Shown here: one piece after another, positions 29,166-37,869 of the stretch
How the letters are laid out: every line of letters starts with the position of its first letter
How positions within the stretch are numbered: position 1 is the stretch's first letter
DNA from: Fibrobacteria bacterium
Lineage (GTDB): Bacteria; Fibrobacterota; Chitinivibrionia; Chitinivibrionales; FEN-1185
Direction of reading: 5' to 3'
Assembly: GCA_037447435.1 (NCBI GenBank)
Contig: JBBIGR010000034.1
Coordinates: 1 to 57,473, forward strand
DNA: 57,473 nt
Notes under the pieces: generated by a model
Database searches by the model: none
The model's input: only the letters and a program-made list of their open reading frames with translations
Told to the model about the DNA's origin: nothing
Position numbers and translations under genes: made by a program

Positions 29166-31373
29166 ATGAATTGTATCAAAAGTAAAATAATACTTGCTTC
29201 ATGGCTACTGAATTTGTTTGGGGTTTTACAGGCGAATGCAGCTGCCCAAGTCCTATTCAGTGACAATTTTGACGATGGAATTTATTCCGGTTGGACTGCA
29301 AACGGGACATGGTCGGTTGCAGGGGGAAAGCTGAGGGGTGAGGCAAACAGCAATATTTTTTACGGTAACTACACGGATTTTGTTTTTGAGGCCGACGTAA
29401 GCGTCAGCGATTTGGAAAAACGAAGCGGCGTCGTGTTTCGCGCAAGCAATCTTGGGTCGCAGGATTCGTTTAACGGGTATTTTGCTTTTTTGCGCATCAG
29501 TTCCGATAGAACAAGGCTGGAACTTGAACGTGTCAACAATGGGCGTATCCATTTGTGCGATGAAATGACGTTGAATGTCGTCGCCAATTCGCTTTGCCAC
29601 ATGAAGATCATTTGCCAGGGCCCCAGTATTTTAGTCTTTGTAAACGATATGACAACCCCCGCTATTACGGAACATGATTCGGTGTATGCCGCCGGGGCGA
29701 TTGGTTTTAAGACCGTTGAAGCCTTTGCATTGTTCGACAATGTACAAGTTCTGGCAATCGATTCGCTTCCCAAAACGCCGTCCGTGCGCGACCTTTCCTA
29801 TGTCAAGGGTGCCGTATTTGTCGAATCCGATTGCGTGAATGCCACCCAAATGATGGAAGAGTATAAACCGTCGGTCATAGACCGGGAGTTGTCGTATGCA
29901 AAAACATACGGCTTTAATACCGTCGCCCTCTATTTACATTGGCTGTTATGGGACAAGGAAAAACAGACGTTTCTTGCTAATTTCGAGGATTTTCTTACAA
30001 AAGCGAATAAATATAATATAAAAGTTACGCCGATTTTTTTTGATGATTGCGGCAACGTTGATCCGCCCCATTTGGCTCCGTATAATGCCCCGACCCCGGG
30101 AATTCATAATAGTCAAATGAACACATGCCCGGGAAATACCGTACGTGACGTCCAATACGCCACTTATAAACCGAAATTGCAATCGTATGTTCAGGATGTT
30201 GTCAATGCGCATAAAGCCGATAACCGGGTCCTTTTCTGGGAAACATGCAATGAACCGATACATAATCAGACGACCCAAACCATGGTTGCCGATGCCTATT
30301 CATGGATCAAAGCGACCGGTACTCTCATTCCGGTGGTGTCCACAAGCGGCGGATTTTTAGGTGGAAAATATTCGGATATCTACACATTTCACATGTATGA
30401 AGGGTATTATGGTGCCGACGGCGGCGCCGAGCATCTGAATACCGAATGCCTCGATAGGCCGGCGGGAAACGGTTGGACAGGTCAGAATTTCTCGACCATG
30501 GTCGATTATTTTTCTGCCCGAAAAACAGGCTTTATGGTGTGGGACCTCATGATAGGGCGCGACAATTGTCGTTTTCCCTGGGGAAGCGTGCTCAACGCCG
30601 CAGAGCCGTCTATCCCGTTTCACGGATTTATTTATCCCGACGGTCATCCGTGGTCGCTTGACGAAGCCAAAAAACTCGCCGGCAACGACCTGAGCGGCCT
30701 GCCGCTTTTCAACGTTGAATACTTCACCGGCAACTTCGCTGTTTCCAAGAAAACATCGGTCACGCCGCGTATCGATTTTGACCTGGGCAATGAAAAGGGT
30801 ACCGGCTCACCCGATGCAAGCGCGGGTATTCCCGAAGACAATTTTTCCATTCGCTGGACCGGATCGCTTACCGCGCCATCCACCGGTTCTTATACCGTTT
30901 ATGCCGATTGCGACAGCATAGCGCGGATTTGGATCGGCGCAACCCTGGTTGTGAACAAGTCCGCCGGGCCAAGGTCGGAAATCGCCGGTACCCTAAACCT
31001 TGCCGCCGGTCAAGTATATAATGTCAAGATTGAATATGTCCATGGCTCGGGCAATGCGAGCATGCACGTGAACTGGGCTGGTCCGTCATTTACCAAAAGA
31101 GTGCTCTTGCTTGAAAAAGAATCGCCAGCGACTATTGCAAATAATGGACGCTTCCTGCCTTTGGCATCGCGAAAAGCCGCGCAACCTGTTCATATCGCGG
31201 GGATTTTTGATCGCGGCACAATCAACGGGGTTTTCCCGGAAACGCCGTCGGTATTTTCCATGGCAGGATGCAAGCTTGCAGTAGTTTCTTTGGGAAACGG
31301 AACGTACAAATTGCAAAATAGTAATAACGGTACCTTGGTACTTATATTGTCCAAATCTAAGGGGTCGAAATGA
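29166..31373 (+). CDS. Secreted modular glycoside hydrolase: DUF1080/ConA-like + clan A GH5-like (GH5_13-like) + PA14
   Basis: LFSDNFDDG N-terminal beta-sandwich; IDRELSYA..GFNTV, IFFDDC, WETCNEP (acid/base), NTECL (nucleophile); DNFSIRWTG..TAP.TG.YT is PA14. Confidence 0.8.
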   Translation: MNCIKSKIILASWLLNLFGVLQANAAAQVLFSDNFDDGIYSGWTANGTWSVAGGKLRGEANSNIFYGNYTDFVFEADVSVSDLEKRSGVVFRASNLGSQDSFNGYFAFLRISSDRTRLELERVNNGRIHLCDEMTLNVVANSLCHMKIICQGPSILVFVNDMTTPAITEHDSVYAAGAIGFKTVEAFALFDNVQVLAIDSLPKTPSVRDLSYVKGAVFVESDCVNATQMMEEYKPSVIDRELSYAKTYGFNTVALYLHWLLWDKEKQTFLANFEDFLTKANKYNIKVTPIFFDDCGNVDPPHLAPYNAPTPGIHNSQMNTCPGNTVRDVQYATYKPKLQSYVQDVVNAHKADNRVLFWETCNEPIHNQTTQTMVADAYSWIKATGTLIPVVSTSGGFLGGKYSDIYTFHMYEGYYGADGGAEHLNTECLDRPAGNGWTGQNFSTMVDYFSARKTGFMVWDLMIGRDNCRFPWGSVLNAAEPSIPFHGFIYPDGHPWSLDEAKKLAGNDLSGLPLFNVEYFTGNFAVSKKTSVTPRIDFDLGNEKGTGSPDASAGIPEDNFSIRWTGSLTAPSTGSYTVYADCDSIARIWIGATLVVNKSAGPRSEIAGTLNLAAGQVYNVKIEYVHGSGNASMHVNWAGPSFTKRVLLLEKESPATIANNGRFLPLASRKAAQPVHIAGIFDRGTINGVFPETPSVFSMAGCKLAVVSLGNGTYKLQNSNNGTLVLILSKSKGSK

Positions 31374-31386
31374 GAAAAGGAAAAAC

Positions 31387-33495
31387 ATGATTTTACAATT
31401 TTTTAAATGCAAAAAGACGCTTATCCTCATACAGGTTTACACTATCGGGATGGTTGTTTCACTTTGTGCACAAACACACCCGACACTCGACAATACGATC
31501 ATTTGCGGATATCAGGGATGGTTTGCCTGCTATGGAGACGGTTCGCCCGTGGAACGCTGGAATCATTGGTGCGGCGGACAATATAAATCCGACACGCCAA
31601 AACCTGCTCCGGGAAACGAAAAATTCGAAATCTATCCCGACATTTCGGAATATAAACCCGCAGAACTGTTTCAAACCGGTTATGCCGCACTCGGCGACGG
31701 GCGGGCGGCAAAGCTTTTTTCATCGTATCCCGAATCGACCATTGCCCTGCATTTCAAATGGATGCAGGATGCGGGAATCGACGGGGTCGCGTTGCAGCGC
31801 TTTCTTAATGAGACAACCGATGCGGTTTACAAAGCTCATCGCGATTCCGTTGCGGTACGCATGATGCGTTCTGCAGAGAAATACGACCGGATTTTTTATA
31901 TCATGTACGACGGCGTCGGCAACAACATGGACAATTTGATAAATGATTGGCAAAATACGATTGTCGGTAAGTTGAAACTGACCTCGTCGCCCCGGTACGC
32001 GTATATGAACGGCAAGCCCGTCGTTTGCTTTTGGGGATTCGGCCTGACGTCATATTCCGATACGGCACCCGAGGCATTGCGAGCGGTAAACTGGTTTAAA
32101 GCCAACGGCTGCTATGTGATTGGCGGGACTCCTACGAATTGGCGCACCGGCACATCGGATAGCAAACCGGGGTATCAGCAGGTATACGCCGCATACGACA
32201 TGGTCTCGCCGTGGACGCCGGGGCGGTATAAATGGGACGTCGAAGTAGACAATTACAAAAACAACTTTCTCGTGAAAGACAAGGCAAAACTCGATTCGAA
32301 CAATCAGGCGTATCAACCGGTGATGTTCCCGGGATTTGCCTGGTCGAACTGGAACGGCGGAGCGAAAAACGATTATCCGCGTAACCAGGGAAAATTCATG
32401 TGGCGGCAATTCAACAATATAAAATCCCTGGGAATCAAATATGTCTATGTGGCCATGTTCGACGAATACGATGAAGGAACCGCCATATGCAAGGCGGCAG
32501 CCGATTACTTTGATGTTCCAACAAATCAATATTTCCAGACCATGAGTACCGACAGCGTGTATATTTCTTCGGATTTTTACCTTCGTCTTGCCGGTGCCGC
32601 GAGCAAAGTATTGAAAGGTAGTATGCCATTGTCGGCATCGATTCCCATTCCAAATTCCGTTGGACCGATTTTCTTCCGTTCGAGCTTTGAACCGTTGATG
32701 GATGCGCAACTCACATGGGTAAGTAAACCCGATTCCTTGAATAACGGATTTGTCAATGTGACCGGAGTCGCCGGAACCGGGACTCCTGAATGCAAAACGA
32801 CGACCGGTGTTGCGAAAAGCGGCACTTCGGCAGTCCAATTCAGCGGAAAAACAGGATCCACTTCCCCGGCCGCCGCGTATTTCAAAGCGATTCACGTTGA
32901 AATTCCCGTGGTGTCAAATACGGTTCTTTTCTATGCTTTTTACCCGCAATCCGACCTTGCGAAGTATGCGGGAATCGATTTGGTGACGACCGACGGCACA
33001 ACGTTGCGATCGACAGCCGCTACCGATATGTCGGGCATAAGCATGAAACCGTCAATCGCCCGGGGCACGGTCAATCAATGGACTACGGTCAAATGCATTA
33101 TAGGAAAATGGCTAACCGGAAAAACGATCGATCGTATTTGTATCGCCTTTGATCATGGGGGAGAAGCGGGTAATTTCCAAGGGTATATCGATGACATTGC
33201 CATACAAACCGAGCCTATTCCGGTCTCGCTTAACGAAAATGGAAAACAAAAGGACTTGAATGTGCCGCCTGAAATCGCTCAAGTATCTTATGCCAATGGA
33301 ATGCTTTCCATAAAAGGCATTGAAAAAGAGAAAATTGAAAAACTGACTATTTATAACGCTCTCGGCAATTCGATTGCGGTATTGTCTACGGTTTCTTGGG
33401 CCCAACATATTCCGCTTAATCCGGGCATTTATTTCGTTTCCGGAATAAACGATAATCGTTTGCGCTGGGTAAAAACGTTGATCGTTTCCCGGTAA
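31387..33495 (+). CDS. Glycoside hydrolase family 71/99-like protein + beta-sandwich + C-terminal sorting-like domain
   Basis: GYQGWF, HFKWMQ..GIDGVALQRF, PGFAWSN, AMFDEYDEGT. Tail IYNALG...PGIYFV...KTLIV. Confidence 0.85.
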   Translation: MILQFFKCKKTLILIQVYTIGMVVSLCAQTHPTLDNTIICGYQGWFACYGDGSPVERWNHWCGGQYKSDTPKPAPGNEKFEIYPDISEYKPAELFQTGYAALGDGRAAKLFSSYPESTIALHFKWMQDAGIDGVALQRFLNETTDAVYKAHRDSVAVRMMRSAEKYDRIFYIMYDGVGNNMDNLINDWQNTIVGKLKLTSSPRYAYMNGKPVVCFWGFGLTSYSDTAPEALRAVNWFKANGCYVIGGTPTNWRTGTSDSKPGYQQVYAAYDMVSPWTPGRYKWDVEVDNYKNNFLVKDKAKLDSNNQAYQPVMFPGFAWSNWNGGAKNDYPRNQGKFMWRQFNNIKSLGIKYVYVAMFDEYDEGTAICKAAADYFDVPTNQYFQTMSTDSVYISSDFYLRLAGAASKVLKGSMPLSASIPIPNSVGPIFFRSSFEPLMDAQLTWVSKPDSLNNGFVNVTGVAGTGTPECKTTTGVAKSGTSAVQFSGKTGSTSPAAAYFKAIHVEIPVVSNTVLFYAFYPQSDLAKYAGIDLVTTDGTTLRSTAATDMSGISMKPSIARGTVNQWTTVKCIIGKWLTGKTIDRICIAFDHGGEAGNFQGYIDDIAIQTEPIPVSLNENGKQKDLNVPPEIAQVSYANGMLSIKGIEKEKIEKLTIYNALGNSIAVLSTVSWAQHIPLNPGIYFVSGINDNRLRWVKTLIVSR

Positions 33496-33540
33496 AACCC
33501 TTTTTTAAGGATCCGATGGAAAATAATCGCCCAATCACAG

Positions 33541-33631
33541 AAAAGTGGAACCAAAAAAAATAGATTATATACCAGAAAAAAACAGGATATTATACTAATT
33601 TATAGATATAATATTAATAAAAGTGGAACCA
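33541..33631 (+). promoter_or_regulatory. 13-bp perfect direct repeat upstream of TIGR02147 gene 1 (candidate operator)
   Basis: AAAAGTGGAACCA at 33541-33553 and 33619-33631 in a very AT-rich intergenic region. Confidence 0.5.
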
Positions 33632-33697
33632 GAATAAATATATTTATAACATATAAATACTGATTTAATACCTCAATTCGGTTATATTATTTCCAAT

Positions 33698-34603
33698 ATG
33701 AAAACTAAAAAAGCGAATGAGGCCATTCATATTTTTGATTACTTTGAGTATCGTAGCTATTTAAGCGATGTGTATAATTTTTTTAAGAAAAAACGATACG
33801 GCTATTCTTTCAGGGTATTTGCAAAAGAAGCAGGTATTTCGAGTCACAACTTTTTACCTCGAATTTTAAAGAATCAAAGGAATCTGTCCAACGAATTTAT
33901 CCCGAACCTCGTCGCATATCTCAAGCTGTCTGCAAAAGAAGAAAAGTATCTGCAATTGCTTGTCGAGTTCAACAACGCGAAAAATCCTCCGGCAAAAGAA
34001 CGATTTTTAAAACAACTGTTGGCGTTACGTGTTGCAAATGAAGAATATAAAATGGAGGATGGCAAGCTTCATTTTTTTGAAAAATGGTATTATCCGGTTA
34101 TTCGGGAACTCGTGGTAATTTGCGATTTTAAAGAAGATTTCAACGTGCTTGCCCGGCATTGCATACCCCGCATATCCGCGCAACAGGCCAAGGGTGCCGT
34201 AACGTTTCTGTTGGAAAACGGTTTCATTAATAAAAACGCAAATGGCACTTATTCGGTGACCGATGCCTTGATTTCGACTGCGCCCGAAGTGAACTCCGCG
34301 ATTATCCCGAAATATCATAAAGCAACAATGATGCAAAGCATCGAGGCAATCGATACGATCAAAAAAGAAGACCGGAATTTCTCTTCGTCGACCTTGCTCG
34401 TTTCAAAAGAAGTGTATGAAGAAATAAAAAAAGAAATTTACCAGTTCAGGAAACGGTTGCTGTCGATGGCAAAGGATTGTCAAAATCCCGAAATGGTGTG
34501 TTATGCGGGATTTCAACTCCTTCCCCGGTCGGAATTGATACGGAATAAAGACGAAAACGAACTTGCCGAAAGAGAAAACAGTGATGGCAATAAAAGAGCA
34601 TAA
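33698..34603 (+). CDS. TIGR02147 family protein (DUF4423), putative DNA-binding, copy 1
   Basis: IFDYFEYRSYL, YSFRVFAKEAG (HTH-like), RNLS, KWYYPVIREL, RNFSSSTL, FQLLPRS. No signal peptide or TM. Confidence 0.88.
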   Translation: MKTKKANEAIHIFDYFEYRSYLSDVYNFFKKKRYGYSFRVFAKEAGISSHNFLPRILKNQRNLSNEFIPNLVAYLKLSAKEEKYLQLLVEFNNAKNPPAKERFLKQLLALRVANEEYKMEDGKLHFFEKWYYPVIRELVVICDFKEDFNVLARHCIPRISAQQAKGAVTFLLENGFINKNANGTYSVTDALISTAPEVNSAIIPKYHKATMMQSIEAIDTIKKEDRNFSSSTLLVSKEVYEEIKKEIYQFRKRLLSMAKDCQNPEMVCYAGFQLLPRSELIRNKDENELAERENSDGNKRA

Positions 34604-34604
34604 A

Positions 34605-36203
34605 ATGAAATTACCTATAGCTATCATTATTATTGTCGCCTCTTTGATTCAATGCAGCTTGCAACGGGTTGCCGGCGGCAGCGGGTCCGACGTCGGCAAC
34701 GGAAGAGTTACCGGGTTCGTTCAAACAGCCGATAGCGGTTCTCTGGCCAAAGTCTCGGTTATTTTGCTTCCCAGCGATTACAATCCTGTTTCAGATGACA
34801 CGATCGTGCTTCATAATACAGAAACCAATGCCGACGGATCCTACGAATTCAAGAATATTAAACCGGGAATCTATAATGTCGTTGCGAGCAAGTACGTAGC
34901 CGGCACAAAATTCATGATCCGCAATATCGTGTCCGGCGATGACGATATTGCATTGCGAACTGAAACGCTTTTGGCATGCGGTGCAATCAAGGTCCGGCTT
35001 CCGGATACGATCAACACCGAAACGGGGTTTGTTTACATCCCAGGAACTCCAATTAAATTTCCCGTCGACGTGTCGGGTGAAGCGATCATAAGCGGTGTGC
35101 CGTCAGGAAATTATCCTGAAATAGAATATTGCGAAAAAGGCAACCAAATCTCATTGAAACCGCTTGCCCGAAGCGTGGTAGTTTCTCCCGGAGATACCTC
35201 GTATGAACAGTTTTTTACATGGCAAAATAAGAAAAGCCTGTATCTCAATACCGAACCGTCGGGTGCCGATATTACGGGCAACATCGTTGCTTTTCCCGTC
35301 CTCATTCGCTTGACGCAAAGCAATTTCGATTTTTCGCAGGCCCATGCCGACGGCTCCGATATTCGGTTTTCAAAAGCGAACGGTTCTCCGCTTGCTTTTG
35401 AAATAGAACAATGGGACGTCGCGGGGCAAACGGCCAGTGTTTGGGTAAAGGTCGACACGGTTTACGGCGGCAACAGCACGCAATTCATACAAATGTACTG
35501 GGGAAACCAGAGGGCGAAAAACGAGTCGAATGGCAAAGCAGTGTTCGATACGGCAAACGGATTTGCCGGTGTCTGGCATTTGAACGAAGTGAATGGCGAC
35601 GTTTCCGACGCAACTGTCAACGCAGGCACCGGAAAGAACGAGGGTACGGTAACCGGAACAGGCGCGATCGGAAACGGGAGAATATTCGATAGAAACCGCA
35701 TTTCCATGGGTGCTAATTCCCCTTTGTGTACCATGTCCGATTCCATCACGGTTTCCGGATGGATTATGAGCACGCAAGTGCCGGACTCCACAGTTTCGGT
35801 GATACGTCATGCTGGGAACTTCACCGCGCTGCAGTTCAATTTGTATCATGAATGGACGAGTTTCTGGACCGTTGACTCTACGGGGTACAGTCCGGTCAAT
35901 TTCCCGCTATGGGCGTCAAATTTTGGCAACGGTAGCTGGCACTATTTTACGGCCCGATTCAAGGCTGGTCTGGGGTGTTTTGTGTATAAGGATGGAATGT
36001 TACTCGCCCAAAACCTTACCGATACCGCACGTCTCAAGACCAATACTGGTGCGTTTTATCTTGGCAGTACTGAAGCAGGCGGAGAATACTATGTCGGATC
36101 GCTTGATGAAGTGCGAATCGAGCGGGCGTACCGGTCTGACGACTGGATAAAGCTCTGCTACATGAACCAGAAATCGCAAGATGCACTGGTGATTTTCAAA
36201 TAA
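34605..36203 (+). CDS. Lipoprotein: carboxypeptidase-regulatory-like Ig + DUF2341 + LamG/ConA domain, copy 1
   Basis: Signal ending SLIQC then VAGGSGSD; GFVYIPGT; FPVLIRL..NFDFSQA..DGSDIRF..LAFEIEQWD (DUF2341); GVWHL..GSLDEVRI..WIKLCYMNQ. Confidence 0.88.
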   Translation: MKLPIAIIIIVASLIQCSLQRVAGGSGSDVGNGRVTGFVQTADSGSLAKVSVILLPSDYNPVSDDTIVLHNTETNADGSYEFKNIKPGIYNVVASKYVAGTKFMIRNIVSGDDDIALRTETLLACGAIKVRLPDTINTETGFVYIPGTPIKFPVDVSGEAIISGVPSGNYPEIEYCEKGNQISLKPLARSVVVSPGDTSYEQFFTWQNKKSLYLNTEPSGADITGNIVAFPVLIRLTQSNFDFSQAHADGSDIRFSKANGSPLAFEIEQWDVAGQTASVWVKVDTVYGGNSTQFIQMYWGNQRAKNESNGKAVFDTANGFAGVWHLNEVNGDVSDATVNAGTGKNEGTVTGTGAIGNGRIFDRNRISMGANSPLCTMSDSITVSGWIMSTQVPDSTVSVIRHAGNFTALQFNLYHEWTSFWTVDSTGYSPVNFPLWASNFGNGSWHYFTARFKAGLGCFVYKDGMLLAQNLTDTARLKTNTGAFYLGSTEAGGEYYVGSLDEVRIERAYRSDDWIKLCYMNQKSQDALVIFK

Positions 36204-36231
36204 TACCTTTGAAGCAAGCGAGGGACAAACC

Positions 36232-37869
36232 ATGCGATATCTGCTCTTGATAAAAGTATGTTTCGTAGGGATTTGTTTGGCCTGTGTTGCAAAGCCGGAT
36301 GTTACTATGAACCGGTTGTTTGCAAATAACATGGTTCTGCAACACGGCATGCCCGTGCCTGTTTGGGGAACGGCTGCAGCAGGCGAAGTAGTGACAGTGC
36401 AATTCGGCGGCCAGACGAAATCCTCTACTGCAACGTCGGCAGGCACATGGAAAATTACGCTTGATTCTTTATCGATAAGCAATATTCCGGGGCAAATGGT
36501 GGTTAGGGGAACAAATACAATCACCGTGTCAAACATTCTTGTCGGCGACGTCTGGCTCTGTTCCGGCCAGTCGAACATGCAGTTTGGGCTTTCCTCCTTC
36601 GGCTACAATGCCGCTACAGAAGCCGTTGGGATGACAAGCGTTCGTCTCTTGACACTCACCACGAGCAGCACTTGGAGTGAGTGCTCACCTTCGACCGCAG
36701 GCGGGTTTTCGGCGACAGCATTTTTCTATGCGAAGTATCTCTATGACTCGCTCAAAATACCTCTTGGGCTTATGGTTGCCGCGATCGGAGCCACCTATGT
36801 CGAGCAGTGGATGTCGCCTCAGAGTGTGACCGCCGATGGTGACCCGACGCTTTTGTCGTTTCATACCGGTAGCGGCGATACGACCGGGCCGATCGATCCG
36901 CGCAACGCCGCAGGGCTTTACCGCATGTATATCGCCCTCGTTGTTCCGTTTGCGATCAAGGGCGTGGCCTGGTATCAGGGTGAGTGGAATACCATCGTCA
37001 ACACGTACAGTCATCCGGAAAAATACCAAATTCGCTTCGAAGAACTAATCAAAGGGTGGCGTAAAGAATGGCCGCAAGGGAATTTCCCCTTTTACTATGT
37101 GCAACTGCCTAATTATTATTCGACAAGCATGAAGTGGCCCCAGATCCGCGAAGCGCAGCGTCTTGCGTTGAAAGATGTTCCCAAAACCGGCATGGCGATT
37201 ACCATCGATATCGGCGACAGCGCAAGCTATCATCCTACCGACAAGCGGGATGTCGGCTTTCGGCTGGCGCTTGTGGCCCTGGAGAAAACGTACGGCCATA
37301 CGAAGTTGGTAGGCTCCGGGCCGCTCTTTAGGAGCTTCTCAATTATCAAAGACACCGCTCATGTAACGTTTGATTATATCGGTTCGGGGCTTGTCGCAAA
37401 GAACGGCGTGCTTGGCGGTTTCGAAACCGCTTCCAAAGATACTGATTTTACTCCTGCAACCGCCGTACTGCGAGGCAATGAAGTCATTGTATACAACCCG
37501 GGAAGTAAAGTGGTCAATGTACGCTATGCATGGGTTTGCAATCCGCATCCGACTCTTTTCAATAAAGAGAATCTGCCCGCATCGCCGTTTCGCACCTATG
37601 CTTCAGACCTTGTCGGAGTGAATGTACCCATGCCTGTGTCGGGTGCAACGCTCAATCGGATTGCATCAGGTAATGTTGATATACGCGTATTCGACATGCA
37701 AGGCCGATGCGTGCGCATTGTTGCAGGTAAAACGCAGAAACCGTATATGAATAGCATTATCTGGGATGGAAAAGATGAGTGCGGCCGCATGGTACCCGAC
37801 GGATGTTACCTTGTAAGATTCCAAAGCCGGAATTTTCTGCAAACACGCGTGCTGGAAAGGCTGCATTAA
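36232..37869 (+). CDS. Sialate O-acetylesterase (SASA/DUF303, SGNH) with FlgD-Ig/sorting-like C-terminal domain
   Basis: NMVLQ, GDVWLCSGQSNM, WYQGE, FYYVQLP, DIGD..HPTDK, LPASPF. Tail WDGKDECG..VPDGCY. Confidence 0.9.
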   Translation: MRYLLLIKVCFVGICLACVAKPDVTMNRLFANNMVLQHGMPVPVWGTAAAGEVVTVQFGGQTKSSTATSAGTWKITLDSLSISNIPGQMVVRGTNTITVSNILVGDVWLCSGQSNMQFGLSSFGYNAATEAVGMTSVRLLTLTTSSTWSECSPSTAGGFSATAFFYAKYLYDSLKIPLGLMVAAIGATYVEQWMSPQSVTADGDPTLLSFHTGSGDTTGPIDPRNAAGLYRMYIALVVPFAIKGVAWYQGEWNTIVNTYSHPEKYQIRFEELIKGWRKEWPQGNFPFYYVQLPNYYSTSMKWPQIREAQRLALKDVPKTGMAITIDIGDSASYHPTDKRDVGFRLALVALEKTYGHTKLVGSGPLFRSFSIIKDTAHVTFDYIGSGLVAKNGVLGGFETASKDTDFTPATAVLRGNEVIVYNPGSKVVNVRYAWVCNPHPTLFNKENLPASPFRTYASDLVGVNVPMPVSGATLNRIASGNVDIRVFDMQGRCVRIVAGKTQKPYMNSIIWDGKDECGRMVPDGCYLVRFQSRNFLQTRVLERLH

